A stretch of 63,990 nt of DNA, filler included, from Neolecta irregularis DAH-3 (Eukaryota): assembly GCA_001929475.1 (NCBI GenBank). It is 8 parts of 8 records of this genome, joined end to end, with 100 filler letters (N's around TTAATTAATTAA, not from the genome) between each part and the next. Parts side by side here need not be neighbours in the genome. Positions count along the whole stretch, not along the records: positions 25,773 to 38,033 come from LXFE01000777.1; positions 38,134 to 45,025 come from LXFE01000783.1; 6 more parts are not named here. One strand, 5' to 3'. Position 1 is the first letter of the stretch; each line of letters starts with the position of its first letter. The position numbers and the translations under genes were made by a program. Below, piece after piece: positions 26,078 through 39,227 of this stretch. The notes beneath the pieces were generated by a model. It did not search any database and was not told where the DNA came from. It saw nothing but the letters and a program-made list of their open reading frames with translations.

Positions 26078-26665
26078 TGGAATTGGGTACTTAGCGCTTA
26101 CAATGCTGCCAAAGAGACTCGGGCCGGGGATTAGGTAGTTCTATCGGTTTTATGGCAGAAAGGGTTTTCCAAATGACGGTTGTTGCAGGGGAGGGAAAAG
26201 GGGTGAGTGTTGTAGTTGATTGCGAGAAGGGTTCGAGAGTAGGACCTTGGAAAAAGGGAGGGCAGGGTATTTGAATTTTAGGCCGTGAAAGAGATCAGAA
26301 AAAGGGGGATGATATTAAGTATGGCATGGTAGTGAGTTAAGAATGTGGTGAGGTGGGGGGATGTTTGGTTATGATGATATTGTGTGACAAATGTGTTTCG
26401 TACCACATATTTAACAACTGGGGGCGATATATGAAATATTTCATTAGTGTATATCATATCTGGAGCTCATTAGTTTTACTTGGGGAACCTCGCGTATTTT
26501 GCACCGTCCTTTAACCAAAAAGGCTTGGTGGCAGAGGTCTTTATTTTAGGAGAAGAGACATTTGACAAGTGTCAATCCAAGTTTAACAGAATTATTATTT
26601 ATAGAATTTCCTGAAAAGATTATCTGATAAAGTAGGCTACTTCACAATTCGCGCAGAACATCTGT

Positions 26666-27597
26666 CTACACTATCTTCACTTGATAGGAAATGGTTTGGA
26701 AACGAGCAGAATTCGCTGTAAACGCTTCGGTTCCGGCTAGTCATTAAATAATGTCAAAGACAATAATATACCTCCGATGTTTTGTAGATAATACGACGTG
26801 TCCAGGAATCCCCGACTTTCCAATAACGTGAGAAAATACTTGATATCTCCCGTGAAAGTACGGATATCTCCAGTAGCGTCATTTCTTATAAAAGAATAAA
26901 CATTGAGGGCAAAATTAGATTGATATTTGTTTACTCCGTGGTAAAGTGTCCAATTGTGGGCGCCAATTGTAACGTTCCAGGTTGTGGCTCCGTCCCATAT
27001 TGGACCTGCACCACCTAGTGCCCCAAGCCTGCATTTCTTTAGAGCATGCGTGGAAGGAAAGATACCAAATCATAACCTCAACGCTGGCTTCCGAATTTTC
27101 TGTGGGTGAGAAAAACATATCGTAGGCTACATCAGCATCTACGGCATTCCCTTCATAACTGAAAGTCATCAATAACATTGAATGTGGGGAATAACACATA
27201 CCTCCATGTCCATGATGATGGAATTGAATGGATGATCGAGACTTCCTGGGGAGAAGCTTGTTTAAGAACAGCGTTCGAAAATGATTTCACTTGGCTTGGA
27301 ATAAGCAACGATGAGGAATTATAGGAGCCTTGGACCACCCCTCCACTTCCACACACTAGACCAAGAAATCGGATCTGTGTGTGACGCATCGACTGTGAGA
27401 CACTGATAGCCTTTGTAGTTGCTTTGACCCCAAAGATTATTATCTTCTATCAGCCAAGCAGGGAGGTTCTGTGTACAGATTGTGTAGGGTCCAACATTAG
27501 TGGAATCCCATTCATGGCATTGTTGGCCAGGGTTTCGTTTGTTCAAGGTCGCAGCAACTGCGAATCCAAGAGGAATGAGGAATGAGAGAGTGACCAT
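26666..27597 (-). CDS. Secreted GH12 endoglucanase/xyloglucanase
   Basis: Signal peptide; NNLWG, VKSFSNA, SIPSSWTW, ADVAYDMF, EVMIW (nucleophile), GTEAF (acid/base). Confidence 0.92.
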
Positions 27598-28695
27598 AGT
27601 TAATGAAAGAATTGCTTCAAGCGGTCTTGATATTATGCCTTTTATAGTGGAGCCAAGTCAACCAAACGAGCTATTACGTCTGAAACACTGAGGACTTTTT
27701 TTGTTAAGCGCAATGTTTGCGGAAATTTCAATTATACCTTAGGATTGCATCTTGGCGAGGAACCGGTTATTCCAAGACTCTGATTGTGTTCTCCGTTTCT
27801 CCTTGGTATCGAAAATATTTGCATAATGAGTGTAGACGTTCTTATCTCGCAATATGCTACTCCTTATTCCGAGGAAGCTAAGCCTCTATTTTGTATTTAT
27901 GTGCCCGCTGGTCGCCTAGAAGGATCCGACAGCAAACTGTTGATAGCAAGACTTAGCAGAAAAACAGCAGAAAAATAGAGGAATATTCGTGATAGATACA
28001 CTACTCCCTCTATAAGCCAACAAGAGGTGTGGGGACTCGAGAATACCCCACAGCAATGCAAACCCGAACCCAACCGTTGGGGTAACCGAGGGATTATCAT
28101 GGGAAGCAGCAAGCGAGGGCTAACACAAGCATCACCACCCGGTACGTATATAGGGAGGCGGACACGAAAATGATGGTAGTGAATACATGTGCTGATTTTG
28201 TATATATAGACTTTAACCTAATATCAATCTAAGTAGTTTCTTTTACTAAAAGAGGCATTAATAAAATCCTAAATCTCCCTAACTATTACAGGAGTACCTC
28301 TCCCAATTGAAGGACATTCCTCGAGTTTACTGACTAGCCCATCTAGAAGATAATAGACGAGCTACGCACCTTACTAATCAGGGTCAGTTAGTAGGTCAAA
28401 GTAGATGATTTGACATGATATATTGATTATTCCGGGATGGTGAATGCGGCATCTTCATGAACCAATTAGAGGCAAACCAGAAAATGCAACTAGTATGAAA
28501 GGTCCCCGTTCCATTTGATATACCATTCTATGAGGGGCAAAAACGAAGATCGTGTATATATTTGCGAGAAATACTGGTCCTCCATGCTAGAAGATTGCCC
28601 ATTGGATAGATTTGCACTTCATCACCCGACTGCAGCACCCACCATACTCTACCATACTCCGACATTCTACAACATACTTGTATTAAATAGATCGT

Positions 28696-31600
28696 ATGCG
28701 GATTTTCAATCTGGCAATAGTACTGCTGCCACTGCTGGAAGCTGCTACGCCTGTCAATTTACATCTTGATGCTACTTTTGCATCACCCCCGTTTTTGCTC
28801 GAACTTTTGTACCCGTCCTTCTTGCAACCAGGCACTGAATGTCAGGGAAGCCGCCGCTACTGAGAAACCCGAATGCTACTTCCAATTGATACCCCATCTC
28901 GTGTCTCTTCCACGAAATACGGATCGTGAATTGTACAATGCCGCCCTTCCCCTCATCTCCAGTTGTCTTGGTGATCCGGCCTCAGTAGAATTGTTCAAAT
29001 TGTCTGTTTCCTTGCGATCAGCTACTCCTAAAATCGAAGCTGTATATCAATATTATGACCACTCCGAAATCGAAAAACCCCCATGTGATTCGTGGTTCCT
29101 TATCGAAGGAACAGGACTTTGCGAATTGCCAAAGAATATGCCCGAATCCTCAAGAAAAGATAGAAAGTTGCTCAGAATGGACCGAATATATCCTACCCTA
29201 AACCACGAAAAACCTGCTGTAATTTACTACGCCGATTTAACAGATCCTACCTTCCTCGACCATCATGAAAGTCTGATTGCTCTCTCGCGACAAAACAAGA
29301 TCAGATATGTTCTTCGCTATAAATCACCAAAAATTCGATCGGTGAGGAAAGTATCATTGAGCGGATATGGTGTGGAAATGGCTTTAAAGAAAATGGACTA
29401 TCTTGTTATCGATGATCGAGAAGATGGGGGTATGCCCTTTGTCGATTCCATATTTAACTTTTTGAACATGAAGGTGAGCCAAGAAGCTTGCCTGGTAAGG
29501 ATGAATCAACCTCTACCATTCAGCCATTGCGCATCTCAGAACTCGCTCAACTCGGTCCAAAAGCAATATCATACATTATCAATTCGGAAAATCCTCTGAA
29601 TAAACTTCTCGAAACATCTCGTAATTTGCCATCTCTGACTTCAGTACTATCAAAATACAATTCCTCATCCAAGGTTATACAAGAGATCGATAAATTGAAT
29701 GGTCATGCATACCCTCCAGGCCAAAACATGCTCTGGATAAATGGCAGACAAATTGATTCTGCGGACATTACAATATATTCATTACTTCAGTTTCTACGCT
29801 ATGAACGAGACATGATTTCGAGTTTATCATCACTAGGCTTGTCAACTGTCAAGTCTCGGGACCTTCTAACAAATCCGGCAATCGCAACCTATTACGAGAC
29901 AATATCAAGCCAAAGATTTGATTTTCGGGATTCTGTGATAATTTACTTCAATAATATCGAAAATGACAAACTATACGCGTCCTGGTCCCAAAGTTTGTCG
30001 ACAGTACTCTCTCCTCTTGAAACGATCTAACTGTTAGTTCCTCACTCCGATCTACCCCGGTCAATTACATACTGTTCGTCGAAATTTCCATACCTTAGTC
30101 GTCTCTATTAATTTGTCAGATGACGACGAAGTAAACGGAATTTTGGGACGATTATGGAGCATTGTCCAGAGAAAGATAGCACTTCGTATCGGTATAATAT
30201 TGGAAACCGATACACCTCGAAGTCGAGCTTTTGTATGGATTTACCAAGAAAAAGGCCTCGATAAAGCATTGGAATTTCTATCAAACGTAATCTTCTCTCC
30301 AATTCTACAAGCACTAATTAAAAAGGTGCTACCAGACAATACTTCAGATAAAAAAGCATTCGAAAACGTTGTCGGAAGATGGGGAAAACCAAAATTTGAT
30401 GACGCTATTGTTTCGCAAAATGTTAACGACCACTTTTCCAAAAACAATGATTGGCTTTCTCGATTTTCGTTTCAACATGGGGGAGTCTTTTTTAACGGTC
30501 GATTCATTCAAAAATCAGATGTTTTCCCCTGTGGATACATTGCGGAAATTGACATTTAGAACTTTCTAAATATAATGGGTCCTTTTATCCGTGACGATAC
30601 GGCGCAAATGATTCATGCGGTTCAAGAAGAGAAAATTTCAGATGATATCTCGGATTTGTTAGATCTGTATTTATCGTCTGCTCCAAAGGTGAGGAATCGC
30701 TGGATATTTCCGGAAGAAGAGCATCGAATTGTGGATCTTGTAAAAGCATTGCAAGGGAACGTTTGTGTGGCGGTTCCAGGTATGAGAAGTAAGAAGCTTA
30801 TCTGATTTCTTGATCTCTCGGATGATTTTTCCGTTACGATGTGGATTATCGATGATTATTCTACTGAACTAGGGAAGAAAATCCAATCTCAAGTAGATCG
30901 GTTAATTGTATTCTACTTTCAGCAAACTCAAACGACTGACTAAAGTCAACACAAAGCGAAAGTAGATTTATTCTTGTGGATACATCCAAAGTCGACGATT
31001 GTTCTTCCCTTGTCGAGAAATTCGGATTAAAAAAATCAGATAAAGCTATTGTAATCAATGGTCGAGTATGTCTTGTGTCCACTTGTAGAGGGGCTAACCT
31101 TCAAAGGTCATAGGGCCTTTCGCTCCCGATGAAGAGTTTACAGGAGAAGATATCGAGCTACTGCTGCACCAAGAATTTGAACGGATAACCCCAATAATCT
31201 CCGCGACAAAAGGACTCTCCTACTTGGGGTATTTCCTTATCCGTTTCTCGTTTCTCGAAATACTGATATCTCAGTTCACGAGCAGATTTTCTTGCAAAAC
31301 TTGCAAGTATACTCAATCTCGCAGCTGCTAAACAAGATAACGGAATCTTTGAGTCGGAAGATCACATTCGTCGAAAACCTTACGAGAACTTTGACGCGGA
31401 GTATACATCATTTACATCGGGCGGTAACGATGGATGGTTGCAGGTGGTTGGTGTAGTTGATCCCTTAAGCGAGATCGCTCAACGCATGTCTGAACTATTG
31501 AAAGTGTTGAGTGAAATGGACGGAGTTGGAGTCCAGGTCTTTTTAAATCCAAAGAAACATATGAAGGAACTTCCCGTTGGGCGATATTATCGATATGTGC

Positions 31601-33348
31601 TTTCTTCTGAAATCAACTTTAATGATGACGGGTATAACCAAATCTCTGTTTTCATAAAACTAATTCACAGATCGATCGCTACTCCAGAGGCTTTATTTGA
31701 CGATCTTCCTCAAGATCCTTTATTTACCCTTGGTCTCGAGGTTCCACACCCATGGCTCGTAATGCAAAAGGAATCAATTCATGATCTTGATAACATTCGA
31801 CTTGCCAATCTTCCCAGTGTCTCAGCAGTCTACGAGTTGAAATATTTATTAGTCGATGGTCATGCAAAAGATATTACTAATAATTCACCGCCTCGAGGTG
31901 TTCAGTTTGTTCTTGGCAATGACAAGAATGAACACATTCTCGATACGATTGTTATGGCAAATCTTGGATACTTTCAATTTAAGGCCTCACCTGGAATATG
32001 GAAATTGACGACCTTAAAAGGACGTTCCAGTGAAATATTTGATATTGTCGAAATAGATCATTTCAACAACTTCCAAACCATCGAATTGACTAGTTTCGAT
32101 GGCATGACCTTGTTTCCAAAACTCTCCCGTAAACATGGCATGGAAGGCGAGGATGTATTGGCACACGAATCCGAGTCCAGTATCCGCCAAGGTGTTATAA
32201 AATCAAAGCAAGCGGATATAAATATCTTTTCCGTTGCGAGTGGTCATCTATACGAGCGATTCATTTACATTATGATTCTTTCTGTCAAAAAACATACTGC
32301 ATCTAGCGTCAAATTCTGGTTTATTGAGAACTTTTTGAGTCCGTCGTTCAAGGTTCATTGCCATTTTATATACAGTTCATACTGATGGAAAAACAGATTT
32401 TCATTCCCCATCTCGCCGCCAAGTATGATTTTGAGTACGAATATGTCACATATAAATGGCCTCATTGGCTTCGTCACCAGAAAGAGAAACAGCGAGAGAT
32501 TTGGGGGTATTTTCGATCTTTTGCATGTTGCTTACGTGGGATAGATACAAAATTTTGTTCCTTGATGTTCTTTTCCCCTTGTCATTAGATAAAGTTATCT
32601 TTGTTGACGCAGATCAGATTGTCCGAATAGATCTTCAGGAGCTTGTAGATCTTGACCTACACGGAGCTCCATATGGCTATACGCCGATGGGTGATAGTCG
32701 AGAAGAAATGGATGAATATCGATTTTGGAAGAGTGGATATTGGAGAGATTATCTGAAAGGAAAACCATATCATATTAGGTATTTCCACTTTTTTGCAGAT
32801 TATAATTGAGCTAGTGCGTTGTATGTTATTGATCTGAAACGATTCCGCCAACTTGCCGCTGGGGATTTACTTCGAGGACATTATCAGTCATTAAGTTCTG
32901 ACCCCAACAGTCTTGCCAATCTCGATCAAGATCTTCCAAGTAAGTCCCTTTTTTCTGGCTGTGATCTAATCTATATTGATCACCTGCAACACCAACTTCC
33001 CATTTTCTCCCTCGATAAATCTTGGTTGTGGTGCGAAACGTGGTGTAGTGATGAAGACCTCAAGACAGCGAAAACGATCGATCTAGTAAGTTCTTTTGCG
33101 CTTGACGTAATACTGATTCTGCAAAGTGCAATAATCCAAAGACGAAGGAACCGAAATTGGATCGAGCGCGACGGCAAATACCTGAATGGAATGACTATGA
33201 TTCGCAGGTTGCGGCACTAGCTAAGCAAGTGAAAAATGTAGGGAATATCGCAGCTGATGTCGATGCTGTTCAGAAGCCTGACGATATCCTCGCCTCTGCT
33301 GGTGATACAACACAACCCAAAGAAGCTAGAAATCGAGATGAACTATGA
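28696..33348 (+). CDS. UGGT: UDP-glucose:glycoprotein glucosyltransferase (UGGT/Gpt1), many introns
   Basis: Signal peptide, [62 protein letters not shown]-terminal RDEL. Confidence 0.96.
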
Positions 33349-34447
33349 AAATACTGATGAAAAATTTATAGATTATTTTTCAGCTGCTTTACAGTAATAC
33401 AGAGGCATATTCGTTGTCAAATATTTACAAATTCTCCCCTTGGATAATCTGCTTCTCCAACCCTTATCTAGAACCATCTTTTCGTTGCACAATCTCAAAG
33501 TAGAAACGCCGAACTAGCTAGCTAATGATTCGTATGCAGTATACCCTCTTATCCAGTGTGTGTGTAAGGATGCTTTGTGTTCCCTTCCTTATAAAGCATA
33601 TGCAATAGAGAGGGGAGTCATCGGACGTGGCATGTTATGCATCAGGGCCCTTGAAAGTTGGAGATACTGTGATCTGGACATACCTAATATATTAACCTTA
33701 TGACTGACTACCGAGTTGTGATTATATATACAGCCATTTGTTCAATCGATGTATGATTGAACGGAGTATGTGGATTTAGGATTTCCTTAATTCTATCTGT
33801 AAGGCGATCTATGGTAGCGTGACCTCTCGGTCTTTTGCATTTAGGGTATGGCTATATCAAATCTGAGCTAATCGAGTTCTATGAGAACAGCAGTATCGGT
33901 ACATTCCGTACTTTCCGCGGCCTAGCAGAGTGCTTCATGGACAGGTCTACTTACGAGTTGCATAGACAATTATACGAGTTGTATAGTTTAGTAAAGAGAA
34001 TATGGTGATTTCTAGATACAGACAACTACGTATTTCAAGACACGCAGCGAAACAGAAATGATACATTGGAGATTTGTGATTATGGCATCCAGGCTAGCGC
34101 AAGTTCTCACGGCCACTGATCATTCGTTGCAGTTTCCCTAATTGTTAATGATTTGCTGTAATATCGCTTGAGCAGCACGATCACCAGCACTCCGATCTGA
34201 CCCTGAGTACGCTAGGGGCTGGATCGAATAATTCTCCGCTAAATCGTGGTAACAATAACTGGCGCTCTAGATTCGAAGCTTCTCGAATGCATTTGCTATG
34301 ATTATCACCGTATTGTATTCAATTGAAGCATGCTTAGCATAAGCAACACGATCCCAATATCGAAATTAAGGGATGCGCAGATATCATGGATTGATTTCTG
34401 CAACTGTTTAAAAGGCCCTGCTTGCATCTGATTGCAGCATTCACCAA

Positions 34448-35311
34448 ATGTACGGATATGAAAACGGATCGCTTCCCTCTACAAACATCTCCGACGGGAT
34501 TCCAGATTTTTATCAGTCGGAGCAAACATCCCGGAGGTTTCCATTCGTCGAGCCGTCCGTCGAAGAACACCAATCTGTTTATACCGGAATAACACCCACA
34601 GCGCTCTCAATGGCCCGTCAGCAAGCATCATATTCCGCGTTCCACAAATCCTGCTCATATCCATACCCGTTCTCTCCTCCGCAGAATTTCTACCCTTCCT
34701 TTGTTCCAACCCACGGAGCAATCACAACCTTTGTCGGGGAAGAGTCTTCAGTCCGTCACATAAAGGAAGGAGCCTCCTCAGAAACACAGACCGAGGACGA
34801 GGAACTGAATCTCAGCGAAGACTGCACCTCGGCGCCAGCAAATCGCAAACGCAAGCCAAGGACATCAAATGATATACCGCCGAAGAAGCGTCCGCGCACA
34901 AAATACAGCGCTGCTCAGAATGCGCTCATCATTCAGCTTCGAGTATGCTTGCATAATTAAAGCCATGGTTAATCTAAGCAAAATAAAATACCTTGGAAAA
35001 ATATTCAATCTGAATTTTTCCCAATGGGCACGATCAATGCATTAAAAGTCCATTACACTCAACTGAATTCGAAATCTTTGAGTTTTACCCCGGAACAGGT
35101 TCATCAACCGATTCAATAGAAACTGATGCCCAAGGACCGGCAACTATTACAGGAATTTAACCAGTTGGAAGAAGGATTATACGAAAACCTCGGTAATGTT
35201 GTTGGGAAACCAAGTAAAGTGTGCCAGATGAGGGTGCAAATGTTGCGATACAAGCAGATTGAGGAAATTTCAAAGCAGACTCTTCGAGATGTCGAGGAAA
35301 ATGAAGTTTGA
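34448..35311 (+). CDS. Myb/SANT-like putative DNA-binding protein
   Basis: Spliced KKRPRTKYSAAQNALIIQLR|QNKIPWKNIQSEFFP.GTINALKVHY...FTPEQ|DRQLL. Confidence 0.6.
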
Positions 35312-35359
35312 GTTTCTTTTTCATATCATATGATTTACATCAGTAATTTACTGGGTCTA

Positions 35360-35637
35360 ATTATGTATCAACCGATGCATCCTCCTAATTATATGATATT
35401 AAGGGAATTCTCTTCTAATTGTGAATAAATCGGTGTATGCTCATAATTATGTATAAACTGAGAGTGTTAATAATATAACTAAACCGATATTCTCTCCTAA
35501 TTATGACCGTTGCATCCTCCTAGTTTTGTATTTATCTGTGCATCATCCTAATTATTTGAACAAACCGGGTATCCCCTCCAAATTATATGAATAAACTGGT
35601 GTACCATCCCAAGTATGTGGATAAACAGGTGTATTCC
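35360..35637. repeat. Degenerate ~30-bp minisatellite (TAAACCGGTGTATCCTCCTAATTATATGA-like)
   Basis: About 8-9 decayed units with recurring CTCCTAATTAT and TAAAC(C/T)GG motifs. Confidence 0.7.
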
Positions 35638-35679
35638 GCAACTACCAAAAACCAACTGCTCCTCCCTTCACACCCCCAA

Positions 35680-36315
35680 ATGTTTTCCAATCTTACACAA
35701 ATGCCGATCCGTCAGGTCAGTTGGACCGATTATATCTGCCTGACAGGCAGGCAATGATCCAGATTCTCAATTTTGCAATGATTTTAACGACCGCCTATAT
35801 GACCTGGAAAGGTTTAGGTCTCATTACAAATTCAGAGTCTCCGATTGTCGTTGTTCTTTCGTATTCGCTTTCTTTTTGTTCACAATGCTTACGGGAACAG
35901 AGGATCTATGGAGCCAGCTTTTCAACGAGGCGACCTATTATTTTTAACGAATAATCCTAAACATGTAAATGTTGGAGATATAGTCGTCTATAATGTCAAA
36001 GAACGATCTATTCCCATCGTCCACAGGGTATTGCAATCATTTGTGTCAAACACGACCCAGAAAATCCTGACAAAGGGGGACAATAATCAGGTTGACGATG
36101 TTGGTTTATATGCACGAGGGCAAACGCATTTGGATCGAGATGAGCATATTATCGGGGTTGCAAAAGGATTCATCCCATACATTGGAATGGTCACTATTTT
36201 GGTAAGTCCTTTGGGACCAGACACAAATGCTGAAGGCCAGTTGAACGATTTCCCTTGGATCAAGTATTGTATGTTGGCAATATTGGGCGGAATGGCAATT
36301 TTTCAACGCGAATAG
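35680..36315 (+). CDS. SEC11: Signal peptidase complex catalytic subunit
   Basis: [39 protein letters not shown]. Confidence 0.96.
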
Positions 36316-36529
36316 TCTGTTTAGAGTCTTTCGAAGCAGTGTGTAAAATTCCCATTGGTCCAGAACGGCTTAGCCGTAGAGTTCATACTGCCTTTCTCTT
36401 GACTTATGAGTTCTTTCTAGTATACCCCTGCTTTGGATACGGCGTGGTGCAACTCTGCATAACAACATATCTTGTTAGCGCTTGTCGTAAAGAAAAGCTA
36501 AATTGAGGATTTTCGCCTAACACGTCACT

Positions 36530-36790
36530 ATCGGGACTCCTCACCCAAGCTCCCTCCTCCCCTCTTCCTCCCCGATTTTTACCATCACCAATTTTATTCG
36601 CGATTCACTATCCTATCTGTTTGGCACGGTTTTGTTTCCGACGTCGGTCCCCTGTCTTCCTAAGAGCATCTTCGTACCGGGAGTATAGGGCGTGCTGACG
36701 AGTCACCGTATGTAAACGGGGCTTAGCTTTTCCTGTTTTACCTACAGCGTGTACTGGAAGGAAGTATGTTGTGTTCTGCAAGTATATAGA
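36530..36790 (+). repeat. Dispersed repeat family A, copy 2 (longest); probable non-LTR retroelement 3' end or SINE
   Basis: Matches 25773-25900, 56945-57150 (rc) and 57938-58044; ends TTCTGCAAGTATATAGATT. Confidence 0.85.
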
Positions 36791-37103
36791 TTAGTCCTCC
36801 GCCCCTCTTTCTTCCCCATCAATATATCAAGCTCATAAGTACAACTTCAAGAACCCTATCTGCTACTACCCTCCCATCCACTGCAACTGACAATCACTCT
36901 ATATCCACCCATTTTCTGACTTTGACCATTGGGACGGATGAGCGGGACGGGCGAGGCGGGAGGGATGAGGAGGGACGGCACACGCGGGACGGGCGTGGCG
37001 GAATTGAAGTTGCCACTCTCACTTCTCTTTCTGCAGCCGCCGAGTTTGTCGAGGAGCTGGGTAACAGGGAGGGGTGTGGCACTGGGGGCGACGGGATCAG
37101 GGT

Positions 37104-38033
37104 TTATGACACGCGCAGACCGGAGCGGAACATTATGAATACCGCGTTAGATTGGAGACGGCGATAGCTTCTGGGGGGCGGGGAATGGGTGAGGGGCAGA
37201 GGGGAGCAGCGCGCGGTATGTCTGTGGATGGCGGAGGGCGAGCTGTCGCCGGTGGCCGCGACGAGGATGTTTTGCTGATGTCTGTGTCTGTGTCGGTAGG
37301 AGTGATTATGGGTAGCGATCTCAGTAGCCGCATCCATATCCACGACATCGATACAGATGTAGCGGCATCGGCCTTGGAGGCGGAGCAGCTTATTCTCGGG
37401 TATCAGTCTCAAGTTGTTCATTTTTTACGCATTTCGAATTCGTGTGATTTCATCCTGATAGCCTGAGGTTCCACGGATTCATTCCAGAGCTCACCCCAAT
37501 CTCGCCGCAGTAATAGACCCGGCGCCAATCGCATCGAGCTACACCATTGGAAGTCACAAAAGGGAAGAATTGCCATGTACTCAGCCAATGTTGGGGACGG
37601 GAAATTTTGAGGATGGAGTGGAGCTGGTCGGTAGTGTGCGGCGAGGGATAGCAGGTTTCACCTGCATTACCGCAACCAGCATCCGAGGGTTATGGATCTC
37701 ATTTAGGCGTAGAAGATGTGTTGGGTAGCATTTGCAATGCTGATGGGTTAGCAGGCAGCTCTGATTGGGGAAAGACTCAAAGCCAGAATAGAAGCCGTCT
37801 GAGCCTTTGTCGAGCTCAAAGGCGAACCAGGAGCAGATAGGGGAGGAATTTGCTTCCAGGGAGGCCGCTGCAGCCTCTGTTTGAGGAGATGGCTTTGAGA
37901 AACTCGAATAACTAGAGGACGTGGGGTAGTGCTCCTGGCTAATGAGGGGGAGAATGGTCTGGATGGTGTTTGCGGGTGCGATAGGGCGGCTTCTTTATGG
38001 CAAAAGATCTCGCAGGAGACGATGCTCCCAGGG
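37104..38033 (-). pseudogene. Possible decayed coding or TE-derived sequence
   Basis: Protein-like reading frame interrupted by several stops up to the contig end; family not recognised. Confidence 0.2.
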
Positions 38034-38133
38034 NNNNNNNNNNNNNNNNNNNNNNNNNNNNNNNNNNNNNNNNNNNNTTAATTAATTAANNNNNNNNNNN
38101 NNNNNNNNNNNNNNNNNNNNNNNNNNNNNNNNN
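38034..38133. other. Artificial contig linker
   Basis: N44-TTAATTAATTAA-N44. Confidence 0.98.
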
Positions 38134-38247
38134 AAATTCCAATGTTTTAAAAAGCCACATTTATGTGGAGCGAACCAAACGTGCGCCTGAAATTCCAATT
38201 TTTCAAAAGCCACATTTTATCAAATTTAGCGCGAACCAAACGCACCC
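38134..38247. mobile_element. Tourist-like (PIF/Harbinger) MITE end
   Basis: Ends GAACCAAACGCACCC followed by TTA (rc TIR GGGTGCGTTTGGTTC); internal ~56-bp direct duplication. Confidence 0.7.
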
Positions 38248-38385
38248 TTACACAAGTAGTACGTACGTACACACATTAATCTGAAACTCCGGTCTTTTCC
38301 GAAACCAGTCCTGTTAGCTCCGGCAATCCAAGCCTCCAACATCACTCCTGCGATATTTTACCCTTTCTATACGCATTTGGCCACA

Positions 38386-39193
38386 ATGACCTTTCGGAAA
38401 GAACCCATCTCGGGCTCAAAAAGTAGTACTACTGCTTAATTAGGGTGAAACTAACCATAAAGGATTAGTTTCATACTATCTCGTCTGTTATAACCTGGTC
38501 TCTGCAACTTTATGGTTTTGTCTGCTTCTACGCACATTATTTGCCGCCTATTTCACCGGAGTTCAGCATGTCTTTGCTGATGTATCAGGATATTCCAAAT
38601 GCGTCCAGACCGGCGCGCTTCTAGAAGTCCTACATATTATTTTTGGTAAATTTCTAATCATTCTGAACGATTTCACACCACAAAGGTCTCGTTCGATCAC
38701 CGCTCTTCACTACTGTCATTCAAATTTCTTCAAGACTACTTCTTGTTTGGGGAATCAGCCACACTTTTCCACAAATCTGTGAAGACTCGCCAGCTTACAC
38801 TTTAATGTTGGCGGCGTGGAGTATCGCAGAAGTTATCCGATATTCCTTTTATGCCTTTAATTTAAGACAAAACTTCCCCCAGTTTTTGATCAAGCTTCGG
38901 TGAGTCCATTCTTTCTAGCTCTGACCTCATTTCAGATACAATGCATTCTATAGTCTATATCCCCTCGGAGCCGGCAGTGAGATGTGGCTCATATTCAAGT
39001 CTCTGGATGCAGCAGACTTTTCCTACCCTGCCTTTGGATACGCTTTGAGAGCTATACTTTTAATTTACGTTCCTGGTACGTCATAGAAATATTGGTGTCT
39101 CGCTGAATATTGATAGGTTTTCATATGATGTATACTCATATGATTTCGCAGAGGAAAAAGGTATACATAAGTCTTGGCAAGCGGAAAGCATAG
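38386..39193 (+). CDS. PHS1: Very-long-chain 3-hydroxyacyl-CoA dehydratase (PTPLA family); absent from the ORF track
   Basis: Exons read YLVCYNLVS, VQTGALLEVLH, GLVRSPLFTTVIQISSR, AWSIAEVIRYSFY, LRYNAFYSLYPLGAGSE, MYTHMISQRKK. Confidence 0.93.
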
Positions 39194-39227
39194 ATGTGTG
39201 CATATATGCATTTCGTACTCATTAATA

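Noticed and set aside
36694..36727. Intact hammerhead ribozyme (CTGACGA plus stem)
   Set aside because: No GAAA follows the stem in any of the four copies, and I could not build stem I/III with an NUH site
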